A DNA stretch of 64,000 nucleotides from an uncultured Clostridia bacterium (GCA_947632195.1 CANROE010000004.1:31183-95182); one strand, 5' to 3'. Shown: positions 48,083 through 58,729, counted from the stretch's first letter. A program made the numbers and translations. The notes: generated from the sequence alone by a model not told the origin.

Positions 48083-49041
48083 ACACAATCGAAGAAATCG
48101 CAGGCATTTTAAAGGGCCTGAAAAGCGCGGTGATCTTTACCCATACCCGACCCGACGGCGACGCGATCGGTTCCGCTATGGCGCTTTCCCGCGCTCTTTC
48201 TTTATGCAAGATCAAAAACCAGGTGGTGGACGACAGCGAGATCCCCGAAAAATTTTCCTCTCTCGGCGTACGGGTGCAGAAATTTCCCACCCTTGACGCG
48301 GAGGGCTACATCTGTGTGGACGCGAGCGACGACAGCCGCCTCGGCGAGCTCACGAGCACCTTCCGCAAGGGGGCGCGCAAGGGAAAGACGACGGTAAACA
48401 TCGACCATCACATTTCAAACACCCGTTTCTGCAAATACAATTATGTGCGCGAGCGCGCAAGCAACTGCGAGAACATTTTGGAGCTCATACAGGCGCTCGG
48501 CGTGCCGCTCGACGAGAAGATCTGCGCCTTTCTCATGACGGGCGTCGTCACCGATTCGGGCGGTTTTTCGCACAGCGATGTGTGCGGGGATACCTTCCGC
48601 GCGGCGGCCCTCCTTGCGGACGGCGGCGCGGATGTGGGGGACATCACCTACTGCATGTTCCGCAGGCAGAGCAAGGCGCGCGCGGGCATGTACGCCGAGA
48701 CCATCTCCCATCTTCGCTATCTTTTAGACGACCGCCTCGTCGTCGCCCTCGTCACGCAGGAAATGCTCTCCCGTTACGGCCTCGGGCAGGACGCCACCGA
48801 GGGGATCGTGGACTTCGGGCTCACGGTGGAGAGCGCGGAGGTCAGCGTCTGCCTCATGGAGTACAAAAGGGGGCAATACAAGGCGTCCTTCCGCTCCAAG
48901 GGCAAGGTGAACGTCAACGAAGTGGCGGGCGTATTCGGCGGCGGCGGACATGTGCTCGCCTCGGGATGTATGTTCTTCGGCGAATATGAAGAGATCGTCG
49001 ATAAATTGTGCTATGCCGTGTTGCAGCATATGGGGGAATAG
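48079..49041 (+). CDS. nrnA: DHH/DHHA1 family phosphoesterase (NrnA-like oligoribonuclease / pAp phosphatase)
   Basis: HTRPDGDAIGS, IDHH and GGGGH motifs. The ATG overlaps the rbfA stop. Confidence 0.85.
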   Translation: MNTIEEIAGILKGLKSAVIFTHTRPDGDAIGSAMALSRALSLCKIKNQVVDDSEIPEKFSSLGVRVQKFPTLDAEGYICVDASDDSRLGELTSTFRKGARKGKTTVNIDHHISNTRFCKYNYVRERASNCENILELIQALGVPLDEKICAFLMTGVVTDSGGFSHSDVCGDTFRAAALLADGGADVGDITYCMFRRQSKARAGMYAETISHLRYLLDDRLVVALVTQEMLSRYGLGQDATEGIVDFGLTVESAEVSVCLMEYKRGQYKASFRSKGKVNVNEVAGVFGGGGHVLASGCMFFGEYEEIVDKLCYAVLQHMGE

Positions 49042-49875
49042 ATGACGGGATTTGTCAACATCGATAAGCGGGAGGGGATCTCCTCGACCTATGCCGTGAA
49101 CAGGCTCAAACGGCTCACGGGCACCCCCTGCGGGCATATGGGCACCCTCGACCCCCTTGCCTCGGGCGTGCTGCCCATCGGCGTGGGCAACGCCACCCGC
49201 CTCTTCGCGTATTTTTTACAGAAGGAAAAGACCTATCTTGCGCGGTTCCGTTTCGGCGTCACCTCCAAAAGTTTCGACCGCGAGAGCGAGCTCGTTTTCG
49301 GCGGAAGAGTGCCGTCGGAGGGGGAGATCGGGGAAATTTTGCCCCGCTTTTTGGGGGAGATCGATCAGGTCCCGCCCGCGTTCAGCGCCATTTCGGTGGG
49401 GGGCAAGCGGAGCTACGAATATGCGCGGCAGGGAAGGGAAGTGCACTTAAATGCAAAACGGGTGCGCATTTCCGCCTTCCGCCTGCTGGAAAGGACGGGC
49501 GCGGACGAGTTCTTGTTCGAGATCGTCTGCGGCAGCGGGACGTATATCCGTTCGCTCGCGCGCGACGTTGCCGAGGCGCTCGGCACAAAGGGGCTCATGG
49601 CGTCTTTGCGGCGCACGAAGAGCGGCGTTTTCACCGAGGAGACGGCGGCGGATCTCGACGCGCTCACCCCCAAAAATTTGAAAAATTATCTCATTCCCAC
49701 CGAGGAGGTATTGCCCTTCCCCGTGCTCGGCTGCGACGACGAGAGGCTCTATCACGGGCTCTCCGTGCCCTGCGAACGGGAGGACGGGCTGTATAAGCTC
49801 TATCGCGGCGGGGCGTTTTACGGCCTTGCAAAGGTCGAACAGGGGCTCGTCAGGACGGAGAAAAAGCTATGCTGA
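49042..49875 (+). CDS. truB: tRNA pseudouridine(55) synthase
   Basis: GFVNIDKREGISS and HMGTLDPLASGVLPI (catalytic Asp) motifs. Confidence 0.9.
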   Translation: MTGFVNIDKREGISSTYAVNRLKRLTGTPCGHMGTLDPLASGVLPIGVGNATRLFAYFLQKEKTYLARFRFGVTSKSFDRESELVFGGRVPSEGEIGEILPRFLGEIDQVPPAFSAISVGGKRSYEYARQGREVHLNAKRVRISAFRLLERTGADEFLFEIVCGSGTYIRSLARDVAEALGTKGLMASLRRTKSGVFTEETAADLDALTPKNLKNYLIPTEEVLPFPVLGCDDERLYHGLSVPCEREDGLYKLYRGGAFYGLAKVEQGLVRTEKKLC

Positions 49876-50780
49876 CCGTTCTTGGAGAGGGGGAGAATTT
49901 CCGTGAGCCGTGCGCGCTCGTCTTGGGCGGGTTCGACGGGCTGCACCTCGGCCACCGCGCCCTTTTATCCCGCGCTAAGGAGAGCGGACTGCCCGTCGGG
50001 ATCACTTCGGTTTTCGGCGGCAAGGGGAAGGAGCTGTTCACGAGAGAGGAGCGCGAATTCCTTTTTTCGCAGAACGGTGTGCGTTTTGTGCTCGAATTTC
50101 CCTTTACGGAGGAGCTGAAAAACACTTTGGCGGAGGACTTTTTGCGCGACGTTTTCGGGCGGCTCAACGTAAAACTTGCCGTCTGCGGCGAAGATTTCCG
50201 CTTTGGGAAAGACGCGCTCGGAACGCCTGCGCTCCTCAAAGACCGCGCAGGGTGTCCCGTTTCGGTGCAGAAAACGGTGAAATATCTTTCGGAGGAGAGC
50301 GGGAGAATGCGCAAATTCTCCGCCACTTCCTGCAAAGAATTTTTAAGGAGGGGAGAACTGTCCCTTCTCAACGGCTGCCTGTGTTCTTCGGCGGAGGAGT
50401 TCTGCCGCAGCGCCTATTTCATCGGCGGAAAGGTGGAGCACGGGCGGCAAGTGGGCAGGACTTACGGCTTTCCCACTCTCAATTTGGGCGTTCCCCAAAA
50501 CAAGCTGCTCCCGCCCGACGGCGTGTATCGGGGGCTCTGCCAAACGCCCGCAGGCAGCTTTCCCACCATCGTCAACATCGGCGCCCGCCCCACGTTCGGA
50601 GTGGAGGAGCGCAAGATCGAGGCCTATCTGGACGGTTTTTCGGGCGATCTTTACGGGGCGTATGTGCGCGTCTATCCTTTGGCTCTTCTGCGCCCCATAC
50701 TCAAATTTTCCTCTGCGGAGGCGCTGAAAGAGCAGCTCCTGCAAGACATTCAAATTTTACGGAAAGAGGGGTGCGTATGA
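49869..50780 (+). CDS. ribF: bifunctional riboflavin kinase / FMN adenylyltransferase
   Basis: 303 aa. GGFDGLHLGH is in the N-terminal domain. The C-terminal kinase domain contains GRQVGRTYGFPTLN and IEAYL. Confidence 0.9.
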   Translation: MLTVLGEGENFREPCALVLGGFDGLHLGHRALLSRAKESGLPVGITSVFGGKGKELFTREEREFLFSQNGVRFVLEFPFTEELKNTLAEDFLRDVFGRLNVKLAVCGEDFRFGKDALGTPALLKDRAGCPVSVQKTVKYLSEESGRMRKFSATSCKEFLRRGELSLLNGCLCSSAEEFCRSAYFIGGKVEHGRQVGRTYGFPTLNLGVPQNKLLPPDGVYRGLCQTPAGSFPTIVNIGARPTFGVEERKIEAYLDGFSGDLYGAYVRVYPLALLRPILKFSSAEALKEQLLQDIQILRKEGCV

Positions 50781-51631
50781 TAAAATTCGGACCGAGCGGC
50801 AACTCGGAGAGCTTTTATGCGGCAGGCTATTCCCACACGGAGGAGTCTGCGAAATTCGTGAAAGAAAAGGGGCTCGACTGCTTTGAATATTCCTTCGGCA
50901 GAGGGGTCCGCATGACGGAGGACAAGGCGATCTCCATCGGCGAGGCGTTCAAGGAAAACGGCGTGGAGATCTCGGTGCACGCGCCCTACTTCGTCAACTT
51001 TGCAAACCCCGACGACGAGATGGCGGCAAAGTCGTACGGCTATGTGCTCGACAGCGGCAAGATGGTTGATCTCATGGGGGGAAAGCGGGTCGTCTTTCAC
51101 CCCGCCGCGCAGGGGAAGGAGGAGCGCGAAATCGCCGTCTCCCGCACCGAGGACCGCCTCAAAATTCTGCGCGATTACATCTATCTCAACAATCTGGAAC
51201 ACCTCATGTTCTGCCCCGAGACGATGGGCAAGACGGCGCAGATCGGCACGGTGGAGGAGATCGCGCGGTTCTGCCTCGTCGATCCCGTCTTTACCCCCTG
51301 CGTCGATTTCGGCCACGTCAACGCCCGCGAACAGGGGAGCTTAAAGACGAAAAAGGACTATCTTGACCGCCTCGGATATCTCATCGAGAAACTCGGCTTT
51401 GAACGCATGAAACACTTTCATGTGCACTTTTCCAAAATTCAGTACGGCGCGAAGGGGGAAATTCGTCACCTCACCTTTGAGGACGAAGTGTTCGGCCCCG
51501 AATTCATGCCCCTTGCCGAGGCGCTCTGCGAGCTCGGGTTGGAGCCCTACGTCGTCTCGGAATCGGCGGGCACGCAGGCGGAGGACGCAAGCGCGATGAA
51601 ACAGATGTACGCCATCGCATGTCGGGCGTGA
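50777..51631 (+). CDS. xylose-isomerase-like TIM-barrel protein (endonuclease IV family-like)
   Basis: 284 aa from the internal ATG, which overlaps the ribF stop (ATGA). SVHAPYFVNF, VFHP and DFGH metal-ligand-like motifs are present. Confidence 0.65.
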   Translation: MIKFGPSGNSESFYAAGYSHTEESAKFVKEKGLDCFEYSFGRGVRMTEDKAISIGEAFKENGVEISVHAPYFVNFANPDDEMAAKSYGYVLDSGKMVDLMGGKRVVFHPAAQGKEEREIAVSRTEDRLKILRDYIYLNNLEHLMFCPETMGKTAQIGTVEEIARFCLVDPVFTPCVDFGHVNAREQGSLKTKKDYLDRLGYLIEKLGFERMKHFHVHFSKIQYGAKGEIRHLTFEDEVFGPEFMPLAEALCELGLEPYVVSESAGTQAEDASAMKQMYAIACRA

Positions 51632-51658
51632 ACGCGCCTACTTTCTCGTAAAAAGTTG

Positions 51659-51687
51659 TTGACTTGTATTGCCGTATTTGGTATAAT
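51659..51687 (+). promoter_or_regulatory. sigma-A type promoter of pepP-like gene
   Basis: TTGACT (51659-51664), 17-nt spacer, TGgTATAAT (51679-51687). The ATG at 51694 follows the -10 by 6 nt. Confidence 0.6.
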
Positions 51688-51693
51688 ATGGGT

Positions 51694-52749
51694 ATGATAA
51701 AGGAAGAAAAGCGCAAAATATACCGTGAAACGGGTGCGGACGCCCTCTTTTTGGAGGCCGATTTTCTCCGCAGATACCTCACGGGGTTTTATTCCACGGA
51801 CGGATATGTCGTTTTGACGGAGGAAAGCTGTACGTTCTTTGCCGATCCCCGCTATTTCGAGGCGGCGGAAAGGGCGCTCAAAGGCACGGACGTCACCGTC
51901 GCCGCAGGCGCGCGCAACGAGGCGCTCGCCCTTGTCAAGGACTGCAAGACGCTCGGCGTGCCCTATTCCTTTGTCACCCTCTCCTCGGCGGAGGAGCTGA
52001 GGAAGGCGGGCTTTACGCTCACCGACTGCATGCCCGCCCTCAAACAGGCGATGGAGATCAAGACGGAGCGGGAAATTTCCCTCATCCAAAAGGCATGCGA
52101 GATCGCGGAGGACGCCCTGCTGGGGCTCCTTCCCGAGATCAAGGAGGGAATGACGGAGAGCGAAGTTGCCGCCCTTCTCGAATACAAAATGCGGCAGCTC
52201 GGCGCGAGCGGGACGTCCTTTGAGACGATCGTCGCTTTCGGTGCAAATTCCAGCGTTCCCCACCACGAAACGGGAAACAGCAAACTGAAATTCGGAGACA
52301 TCGTCCTCATCGACTTCGGCTGCAAGTATGAAGGATACTGTTCGGACTGCACCCGCACCTTCCTCTTCGGGGACGACGGCGCGCATGAGGAGTTCAAAAA
52401 GGCATACGCCGAAGTGCTCAGAGCGCACGAGCTCGTCAAGGCGACGGTTAAAGCGGGCATGACGGGAAGGGAGGCGGACGAGGTTGCCCGCGGCTCCCTG
52501 CGGAAAGCGGGTCTCGACAAGTATTTCACCCATTCTTTGGGGCACGGCATCGGCCTCATGATCCACGAATATCCCACGCTTTCCCCGCGCGGGGAGGAAG
52601 TTTTGAAAGACGGCATGGTCTTTTCGGACGAGCCGGGGGTATATCTTGCGGGCAAGTTCGGCGTGCGCATCGAGGACAGCTGTTTCATGAGCGGCGGCAA
52701 GGTGCATTCCTTTATGCACAAGACGGAGCGCGGTCTCATCATTTTATAA
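51694..52749 (+). CDS. M24B family Xaa-Pro aminopeptidase/dipeptidase
   Basis: 351 aa with the DFG..Y.GY.SD, HSLGHGIGL and EPG metal-ligand pattern. The start was chosen downstream of the -10 element. Confidence 0.85.
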   Translation: MIKEEKRKIYRETGADALFLEADFLRRYLTGFYSTDGYVVLTEESCTFFADPRYFEAAERALKGTDVTVAAGARNEALALVKDCKTLGVPYSFVTLSSAEELRKAGFTLTDCMPALKQAMEIKTEREISLIQKACEIAEDALLGLLPEIKEGMTESEVAALLEYKMRQLGASGTSFETIVAFGANSSVPHHETGNSKLKFGDIVLIDFGCKYEGYCSDCTRTFLFGDDGAHEEFKKAYAEVLRAHELVKATVKAGMTGREADEVARGSLRKAGLDKYFTHSLGHGIGLMIHEYPTLSPRGEEVLKDGMVFSDEPGVYLAGKFGVRIEDSCFMSGGKVHSFMHKTERGLIIL

Positions 52750-52804
52750 AATTTGCCGCAGGCTTGCGGCGCCAACATAAAAATCAATTAAGGAGAACAA
52801 ACAT

Positions 52805-53368
52805 ATGGCACAAATTTTGGCAGGCGACATCAGAAAGGGCACCACGTTTGAATACAAGAGCGGCGTGTACACGGTCACCGAATTCCAGCATGTAAAGCCC
52901 GGCAAGGGCGCGGCGTTCGTCCGTACAACGCTCAAAAACGTGGTCACGGGACAAGTTCTCTCCGACGAGACGTTCAACCCCACCACCAAGCTCGAGACGG
53001 CGCAGGTCGAAACCAAGAAGATGACCTACTCCTACAACGACGGGGAGTTCTATTACTTCATGGACGACGAATTCAATCTCACCCCCCTCAACCATTCGCA
53101 GGTGGAGGACGCGCTTCAATACATCCGTGAGAACGACATTGTCACTGTGCGTTTCCTCTACGGCAACGCCTTCTCCGTAGAGCCCGAAAACTTTGTGGAA
53201 CTCAAAGTCATCGAGGCGGAGCCCGGCGTCAAGGGCAACACCGCGACCAACGTCACCAAGGCGGCGAAGGTCGAGACGGGCGCTACCTTCCAGGTCCCCA
53301 TGTTCGTCGAGGAGGGCGATACCATCCGTATCGACACGCGGACAGGGGAATACATGTCGAGAGTATAA
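52805..53368 (+). CDS. efp: elongation factor P
   Basis: [45 protein letters not shown]. Confidence 0.95.
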   Translation: MAQILAGDIRKGTTFEYKSGVYTVTEFQHVKPGKGAAFVRTTLKNVVTGQVLSDETFNPTTKLETAQVETKKMTYSYNDGEFYYFMDDEFNLTPLNHSQVEDALQYIRENDIVTVRFLYGNAFSVEPENFVELKVIEAEPGVKGNTATNVTKAAKVETGATFQVPMFVEEGDTIRIDTRTGEYMSRV

Positions 53369-53397
53369 CTCGTTCCAAGCTCCTGTAAAGGTACGGC

Positions 53398-53835
53398 ATG
53401 AAATTCGTAGCGCAACGGGTGCTCGGCGCAAGTCTTACGGTAAACGGTGAGCTCGTCTCCGAAATCGGACGCGGGCTTGTCGTTTATTTCGGCGTAAAGG
53501 CGGGCGATTCGGAACGGCAGGCGGAAAAGTGCGCCGAGAAACTCGCCGCCTTGCGCGTCTTTGAGGACGGGGAAGGCAAGATGAACCGCTCGGTGAAGGA
53601 CGTCGGAGGCGAAATTTTATTTGTCTCCCAGTTCACGCTGTACGGCGACGCACGCAAGGGAAACCGCCCGAGCTTTACCGAGGCGGAGCGGCCCGAGCGG
53701 GCGGAACAACTCTACGGGTATGCGGCGGAGCGCCTGCGCGCACAGGCCGTGCCCGTCAAAACGGGGATCTTCGGCGCGGACATGCGCATCGAGCAGATAG
53801 GCGACGGCCCCGTGACCATCATTTACGAAATCTGA
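53398..53835 (+). CDS. dtd: D-aminoacyl-tRNA deacylase
   Basis: 145 aa with the SQFTLYGD and NRPSF motifs. Confidence 0.9.
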   Translation: MKFVAQRVLGASLTVNGELVSEIGRGLVVYFGVKAGDSERQAEKCAEKLAALRVFEDGEGKMNRSVKDVGGEILFVSQFTLYGDARKGNRPSFTEAERPERAEQLYGYAAERLRAQAVPVKTGIFGADMRIEQIGDGPVTIIYEI

Positions 53836-53856
53836 CGCTCATTGATACGGAAAGGT

Positions 53857-54690
53857 ATGAAGATCGAATTTTTGGGAACGGGCGCTGCCGAGGGCGTGCC
53901 CGCAATGTTCTGCAACTGCGCATTCTGCCAGAGGGCGAGGAAGGAAAAGATCTTCCGCACGCGCACGCAAATTCTCATCGACGGGGAGCTGTCCATCGAC
54001 TTCCCGCCCGACGCCTATTATCATATGTACCAAAGCGGCGCGGACTTTTCCGCCATCAGATATTTGCTCGTCACGCACGCCCACCAGGACCACTTTTTCG
54101 CCAACGACATCATGCTGCGCGGCTATAAATTTGCCTCGGACATGACGTCGCCCGAGCTCGATATTTTCGGCAGCGAGGAAGTGTGCGAGATCTTCTGCGA
54201 GAGCACGCGGCGGGAGATCAAGCCCGACGTGAAGGAGAGCGTCCGCCTGTATGTGCTCAACGCCTTTGAAGAGGCGCGTTTCGGCGATTGGCGGGTCTAT
54301 CCCCTCAAAGCGCAGCATTCCTCCCGCGATCCCCTGCTCTTCCTCATCGAAAAGGGGGACAAGCGTATCCTGCACCTGCACGACACGGGACTGCTGCCCG
54401 AGGAGGACTACGAATATCTTGCGAAGATCGGCGGAAAGCCGGTCGATCTCGTCACCCTCGACTGCACATACGTTTACAACCGTGCGCACGAAGGCGCCCG
54501 TCACATGGGCGTGTACGAGGACGCGGAGGTGCTCGCGCGGCTGAAAAGGCTCGGACTTGTGGACGGGCACACCAAGAAAGTCATCTCCCACTTTTCGCAC
54601 AACTCCCATCCGGACGGCGAACTCTTGCGCCGCGCGGAGAAGGAATTCGGCTTTATCGCCGCCTACGACGGCATGACGCTGGAAATTTGA
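53857..54690 (+). CDS. MBL-fold metallo-hydrolase (PhnP-like, with an N-terminal CxCxxC)
   Basis: MKIEFLGTGAAEGVPAMFCNCAFC and THAHQDH. The ATG at 53857 is preferred because of SD GGAAAGG. Confidence 0.75.
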   Translation: MKIEFLGTGAAEGVPAMFCNCAFCQRARKEKIFRTRTQILIDGELSIDFPPDAYYHMYQSGADFSAIRYLLVTHAHQDHFFANDIMLRGYKFASDMTSPELDIFGSEEVCEIFCESTRREIKPDVKESVRLYVLNAFEEARFGDWRVYPLKAQHSSRDPLLFLIEKGDKRILHLHDTGLLPEEDYEYLAKIGGKPVDLVTLDCTYVYNRAHEGARHMGVYEDAEVLARLKRLGLVDGHTKKVISHFSHNSHPDGELLRRAEKEFGFIAAYDGMTLEI

Positions 54691-54708
54691 GTTTACAGTG
54701 CAAGAGAA

Positions 54709-54735
54709 AAGCCCCGTCAAGGGGTTTACTTTTTA
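54709..54735 (+). terminator. rho-independent terminator
   Basis: AAGCCCC-gtcaa-GGGGTTT followed by acTTTTT. Confidence 0.5.
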
Positions 54736-54772
54736 TGAAAAATCGTGTAAAATAAGGGTCAAGGAGCGCAAA

Positions 54773-55627
54773 ATGGGATTTTTTGCCCGTATCAAAACTT
54801 TATTTTCCCGCAAGAGGGTCTTAGGTCTTGCGCTGGGCAGCGGCGGGGCGAAGGGCATGGCCCACCTCGGCGCCTTAAAGGCGTTTGAAGAGGAGGGGAT
54901 CTCCTTCCGCGTTGTGGCGGGCGCCTCCATCGGCTCCATCGTCGGCGCGCTTTATGCGAAGGGCTACTCCGCAGACGACATGATCCAGATCATCGAAAGC
55001 CTCAATTACAAGGAGTTCGGCAAAAATCTTCTCAACCCCCTCAGCGACCTCTCCTTTGCCGAAGAATTCCTTTCAAGCTATCTCGAAGGGGACATCAAAG
55101 GGCTCCCCATGCCCTTTGCGGCGTGGGCGACGGACGGCGTGACGAACGAGGGGAAGATGTTCACCGAAGGAAACATCGCGCGCATTCTCACGGCGTCCTC
55201 GGCGATCCCGCCCTTCTTTCGCGGCGTAGACATAGGCGGCAAGCGCTACTACGACGGCGCTTTTTCCAATGCGATCCCCGCAGAGGCGGCGCGTGCGCTC
55301 GGCGCGGACGTCGTCATCGGGATCGATCTCTCCGCATTTGCAAGGCAGGAGGAGGAAAAGGGGCACATCTCCCGTATTTTCGGTTTGGCGATCGCAAAAA
55401 TATGCCCCGTGAAGTACAACGAGGACAGCAAGCGGCGCGGCTACGACAATGCCGACTTTATGCTGCGGCCCGATCTTTCCAAATTCCGTGCAACCGATGT
55501 GAGCCGCGAGAGCATGAGCAAAATGTTCGAGATCGGCTATGAAACCGCCAAAGAAAATATGGCGAAGATCAAGGAAGTGATCCGCAAGTGTCCGTCGCGC
55601 AGGAAAAACAGAAAAAAAGGCGAATAA
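54773..55627 (+). CDS. patatin-like phospholipase
   Basis: GLALGSGGAKG (oxyanion GGxK/R), GASIGS (GxSxG) and the DGA catalytic Asp motif. Confidence 0.85.
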   Translation: MGFFARIKTLFSRKRVLGLALGSGGAKGMAHLGALKAFEEEGISFRVVAGASIGSIVGALYAKGYSADDMIQIIESLNYKEFGKNLLNPLSDLSFAEEFLSSYLEGDIKGLPMPFAAWATDGVTNEGKMFTEGNIARILTASSAIPPFFRGVDIGGKRYYDGAFSNAIPAEAARALGADVVIGIDLSAFARQEEEKGHISRIFGLAIAKICPVKYNEDSKRRGYDNADFMLRPDLSKFRATDVSRESMSKMFEIGYETAKENMAKIKEVIRKCPSRRKNRKKGE

Positions 55628-56559
55628 CGCGTTTGGCGGTTATGGGCGCCGCGCTCCTTCTCGGTTTGACTTTGGCGCTTTTGTTTGCCCTGCTGCCCTT
55701 TTCGGTGTTTCTTCCCGCATATGCGTTTCCCGCGCGGGAAGAGGGCGAAACGCGGCTCCACTTTCTCGACGTGGGACAGGGCGACTGTACGGCCGTCGAA
55801 TTTGCGGACGGCGAGGTGCTCGTCGTGGACGCGGGCGACGGCTCTTTCTTCCACAACAATAAAATTTTGCGCTACATAAAGGGATTGCGGCCGACGCGGC
55901 TCTCGCTTTTGCTCACCCATGCCGACGCCGACCACTACGGCGGTTTCCGCGCCCTCCTCCGCTCCTTCGACGTCGAGACGTTCTATCTGCCGCTCTATCC
56001 TGCGGAGGGCGAGGAATACAGCGCTCTTCTCGAACAGGCTGAGCGGGAGGGCTGCGCGGCCGTGCATATCACCCGCTACGGCAAGATCGAAGGAGAGGGC
56101 GGCTATGCGGTCTGTATCTCTCCCCGCAGCGAGGAAGAGACGGACGACAACGACGCCTCTACGGTGCTCTATCTGAATTTCGGCGGCGTGACGGCGCTCC
56201 TGTGCGGGGACATCTCTTCCGCGCGGGAAAAGCTGCTCGTGCGCGAATATGCGCTTACGCCCGACATTTTCGACAGCGGGGATTGCACGGTGCGGGCGGA
56301 AGAGATCGATATTCTCAAAGCGCCGCACCACGGTTCTTCCGATGCCTCCTCGCAGGAATTTTTGGAACTGCTCCGTCCCGAGAACTACATCGTCTCCTGC
56401 GGCAGGGACAACGGCTACCGCTTTCCCGCAGGGGAGGCGCTCGCCCGTTTCCGCGCCGCGTCGCCGGACGGCAACATCTATCGCACCGATGAGCTCGGAG
56501 ACATCGTCGTCCGCATTGCCAACGGAAGTTATACGATCTCTGCAAGGGAGGAATTATGA
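55588..56559 (+). CDS. ComEC-family MBL-fold domain protein with an N-terminal membrane anchor
   Basis: RLHFLDVGQGDCTAVE...VVDAG and LLLTHADADH. GTG 55588 gives a positively charged N-terminus followed by a TM helix. The alternative start is ATG 55642. Confidence 0.65.
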   Translation: MSVAQEKQKKRRITRLAVMGAALLLGLTLALLFALLPFSVFLPAYAFPAREEGETRLHFLDVGQGDCTAVEFADGEVLVVDAGDGSFFHNNKILRYIKGLRPTRLSLLLTHADADHYGGFRALLRSFDVETFYLPLYPAEGEEYSALLEQAEREGCAAVHITRYGKIEGEGGYAVCISPRSEEETDDNDASTVLYLNFGGVTALLCGDISSAREKLLVREYALTPDIFDSGDCTVRAEEIDILKAPHHGSSDASSQEFLELLRPENYIVSCGRDNGYRFPAGEALARFRAASPDGNIYRTDELGDIVVRIANGSYTISAREEL

Positions 56560-57680
56560 AACTGACAACAGCGGGAGAATCGCACGGAAAGGGGCTCTTT
56601 GCCATTTTGGAGGGAGTGCCCGCAGGCTTGAAACTCGACGTGAGCCTGATCGACGCCGCGCTTGCACGCCGCCAGAGCGGCTACGGCAGGGGCGGACGGC
56701 AGAAGATCGAGTCGGACCGCGTGGAACTTTTGTCGGGGGTACGCGATCTTGTCACCCTCGGCAGTCCCATTGCGCTTGCCGTGTGGAACCGCGACTATGA
56801 AAATTGGAAAGAGGTCATGGCGCCCGAGGGGTGCGACCGTTCGCAGCGGCAACTCACCAAAGTCCGCCCGGGGCACGCCGACCTTGCGGGCGCGCTCAAA
56901 TTCGGCGCGCAGGACGCGCGCGACGTGCTGGAACGCGCCTCCGCCCGCGAAACGGCGGCAAGGGTTGCGGCGGGGGAGATCTGCCGCGCTTTTCTCAACG
57001 AAATGAACATCACGGTTACGGGCTACGTCCGCTCTCTCGGGCGGGTCTGCGACGAAAAGCAATATTCCTTTGCGCAGATCGAGGGCGGCCGCCGTCCCCT
57101 TCTCGGCATGATGGACGGGGCGGCCGAGGAGGCTGCCGTCGCCCTCATCGAAGAGGCGAAGAGGGAGGGCGACACCCTCGGCGGCGTTACAGAGCTCCGC
57201 GTCAAGGGGCTCAAAAGCGGTTTCGGGAGCCCCATGACCTATGCGGAAAAATTGGACGCGCGCGTCGCCGCCGCGCTCATGAGCGTACAGGCGGTGAAGG
57301 GCGTGGAGGTAGGCGGCGGGTTTTCCCTTGCGCAGGCAAAGGGGAGCGCCGCCCACGATGAGATCTTTGCGGAGGAGGGAAACTTCTTCCGCCGCACCAA
57401 CCGCGCGGGCGGGATCGAAGGCGGCATGAGCAACGGCGAAGAGCTCGTTTTCCGCGCCGCGATGAAACCCATTCCCACCCTCATGAAGGGGCTGAAAACG
57501 GTCGACCTTGCCACGGGTCTGCCCGCCGTTGCCGCCCCCGAACGCAGCGACGTCTGCGCCGTTACGGCCTGCGAGGCAGTGCTCGAAAGCGCGCTTTGTT
57601 TCGTGCTTGCGGACGTTCTCGCCGAGCGGCTGGGCGGAGATACCTTAGCGCAGGTCAAGGAGCGCTACGAAAGATTATGA
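56556..57680 (+). CDS. aroC: chorismate synthase
   Basis: MKLTTAGESHGKGLFAILEGVPAG and GGGRQKIE... are typical AroC. Confidence 0.95.
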   Translation: MKLTTAGESHGKGLFAILEGVPAGLKLDVSLIDAALARRQSGYGRGGRQKIESDRVELLSGVRDLVTLGSPIALAVWNRDYENWKEVMAPEGCDRSQRQLTKVRPGHADLAGALKFGAQDARDVLERASARETAARVAAGEICRAFLNEMNITVTGYVRSLGRVCDEKQYSFAQIEGGRRPLLGMMDGAAEEAAVALIEEAKREGDTLGGVTELRVKGLKSGFGSPMTYAEKLDARVAAALMSVQAVKGVEVGGGFSLAQAKGSAAHDEIFAEEGNFFRRTNRAGGIEGGMSNGEELVFRAAMKPIPTLMKGLKTVDLATGLPAVAAPERSDVCAVTACEAVLESALCFVLADVLAERLGGDTLAQVKERYERL

Positions 57681-58729
57681 AAAGGTTTGTGATCAGGGAA
57701 CGCGACACGCGGGAGAGCGTCGTCGTCTGCCGCAAAAATATTTTTTCCGCCGAGCTTGCGCCCATGCGCGGGGAACTTCTCGGCGGCGGGGGGATCCTCT
57801 TCACCGATTCCAACGTGTACGCGCTCTACAAACCCTTGCTGGAAAAATACCTCGGCGGGGTGCCCGTATTCGTCATGCCCGCAGGAGAGGCGCATAAGAA
57901 CGAGGAGACCCTCTTCAAACTTCTCAAAGGAATGCAGGAGGCGAAATTGCGCCGAAATTCCCGTCTAATCGCCCTCGGCGGCGGCGTCGTGGGAGATGTC
58001 GGCGGGCTCGCCGCAAGCCTTTATATGCGTGGAATCTCATGCGTACAGGTGCCTACGACCTTGCTTGCGCAAGTGGACAGTTCCGTGGGCGGCAAGACGG
58101 CGGTGGATTTCGGGGGCGTGAAGAACCTCATCGGCGCCTTTTCCCAGCCCGCGCGGGTGATCGCAGACCCGCTCTTTTTGGAAACGCTGCCACGCCGCGA
58201 ACTCAAATGCGGGCTCGGGGAGATCGTCAAGCACGGTGCGCTGTCCGCGCCGTTGTTTGAAACGCTCACCGCCGCGCCCGATCTCTTCGATCTCGGCTTT
58301 CTTGCAAAGATCGTGCCCGAAAACATTGCGTTTAAGGCGTCCGTCGTCAGGCGCGACCCCCGCGAAAAGGGGCTCAGGCGGTGCCTCAATCTCGGGCACA
58401 CCACGGGACACGCCATCGAGCTCTGCTCCGACCTCTCCCACGGGGAGTGCGTGCTGTGGGGGCTCCTCTTCGAGAGCAGACTCGCCGCGCGCCATTTTGA
58501 CACGGACAAGGCTTTTTCGGACGCGCTCACGTCCCTCTGTTTCCGTGTGCTCGAAGGCGGGGAACGGCCGCCGCTCGACCTAAGGAAAGCCCTCCTCGAC
58601 AAAAAGAACACCTCCTCGGGGGCGGTCACGCTCGCCGTGCCCGTTGCCGCAGGGCAATTTGAGATCTTGGAGCTGCCGTTTGCGCGCTACGAAGAAGAGA
58701 TCGGGAGGATCGCGGAGGAACTATGTTAA
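57677..58729 (+). CDS. aroB: 3-dehydroquinate synthase
   Basis: GGGVVGDVGG, VPTTLLAQVDSSVGGKT and GHTTGHAIE. The ATG overlaps the aroC stop. Confidence 0.9.
   Translation: MKRFVIRERDTRESVVVCRKNIFSAELAPMRGELLGGGGILFTDSNVYALYKPLLEKYLGGVPVFVMPAGEAHKNEETLFKLLKGMQEAKLRRNSRLIALGGGVVGDVGGLAASLYMRGISCVQVPTTLLAQVDSSVGGKTAVDFGGVKNLIGAFSQPARVIADPLFLETLPRRELKCGLGEIVKHGALSAPLFETLTAAPDLFDLGFLAKIVPENIAFKASVVRRDPREKGLRRCLNLGHTTGHAIELCSDLSHGECVLWGLLFESRLAARHFDTDKAFSDALTSLCFRVLEGGERPPLDLRKALLDKKNTSSGAVTLAVPVAAGQFEILELPFARYEEEIGRIAEELC

Noticed and set aside
55588-56559. Competence channel gene comEC
   Set aside because: Only the MBL-fold domain with a single N-terminal anchor is present (323 aa). The multi-pass competence domain is missing, so it is called only a ComEC-family MBL-domain protein.
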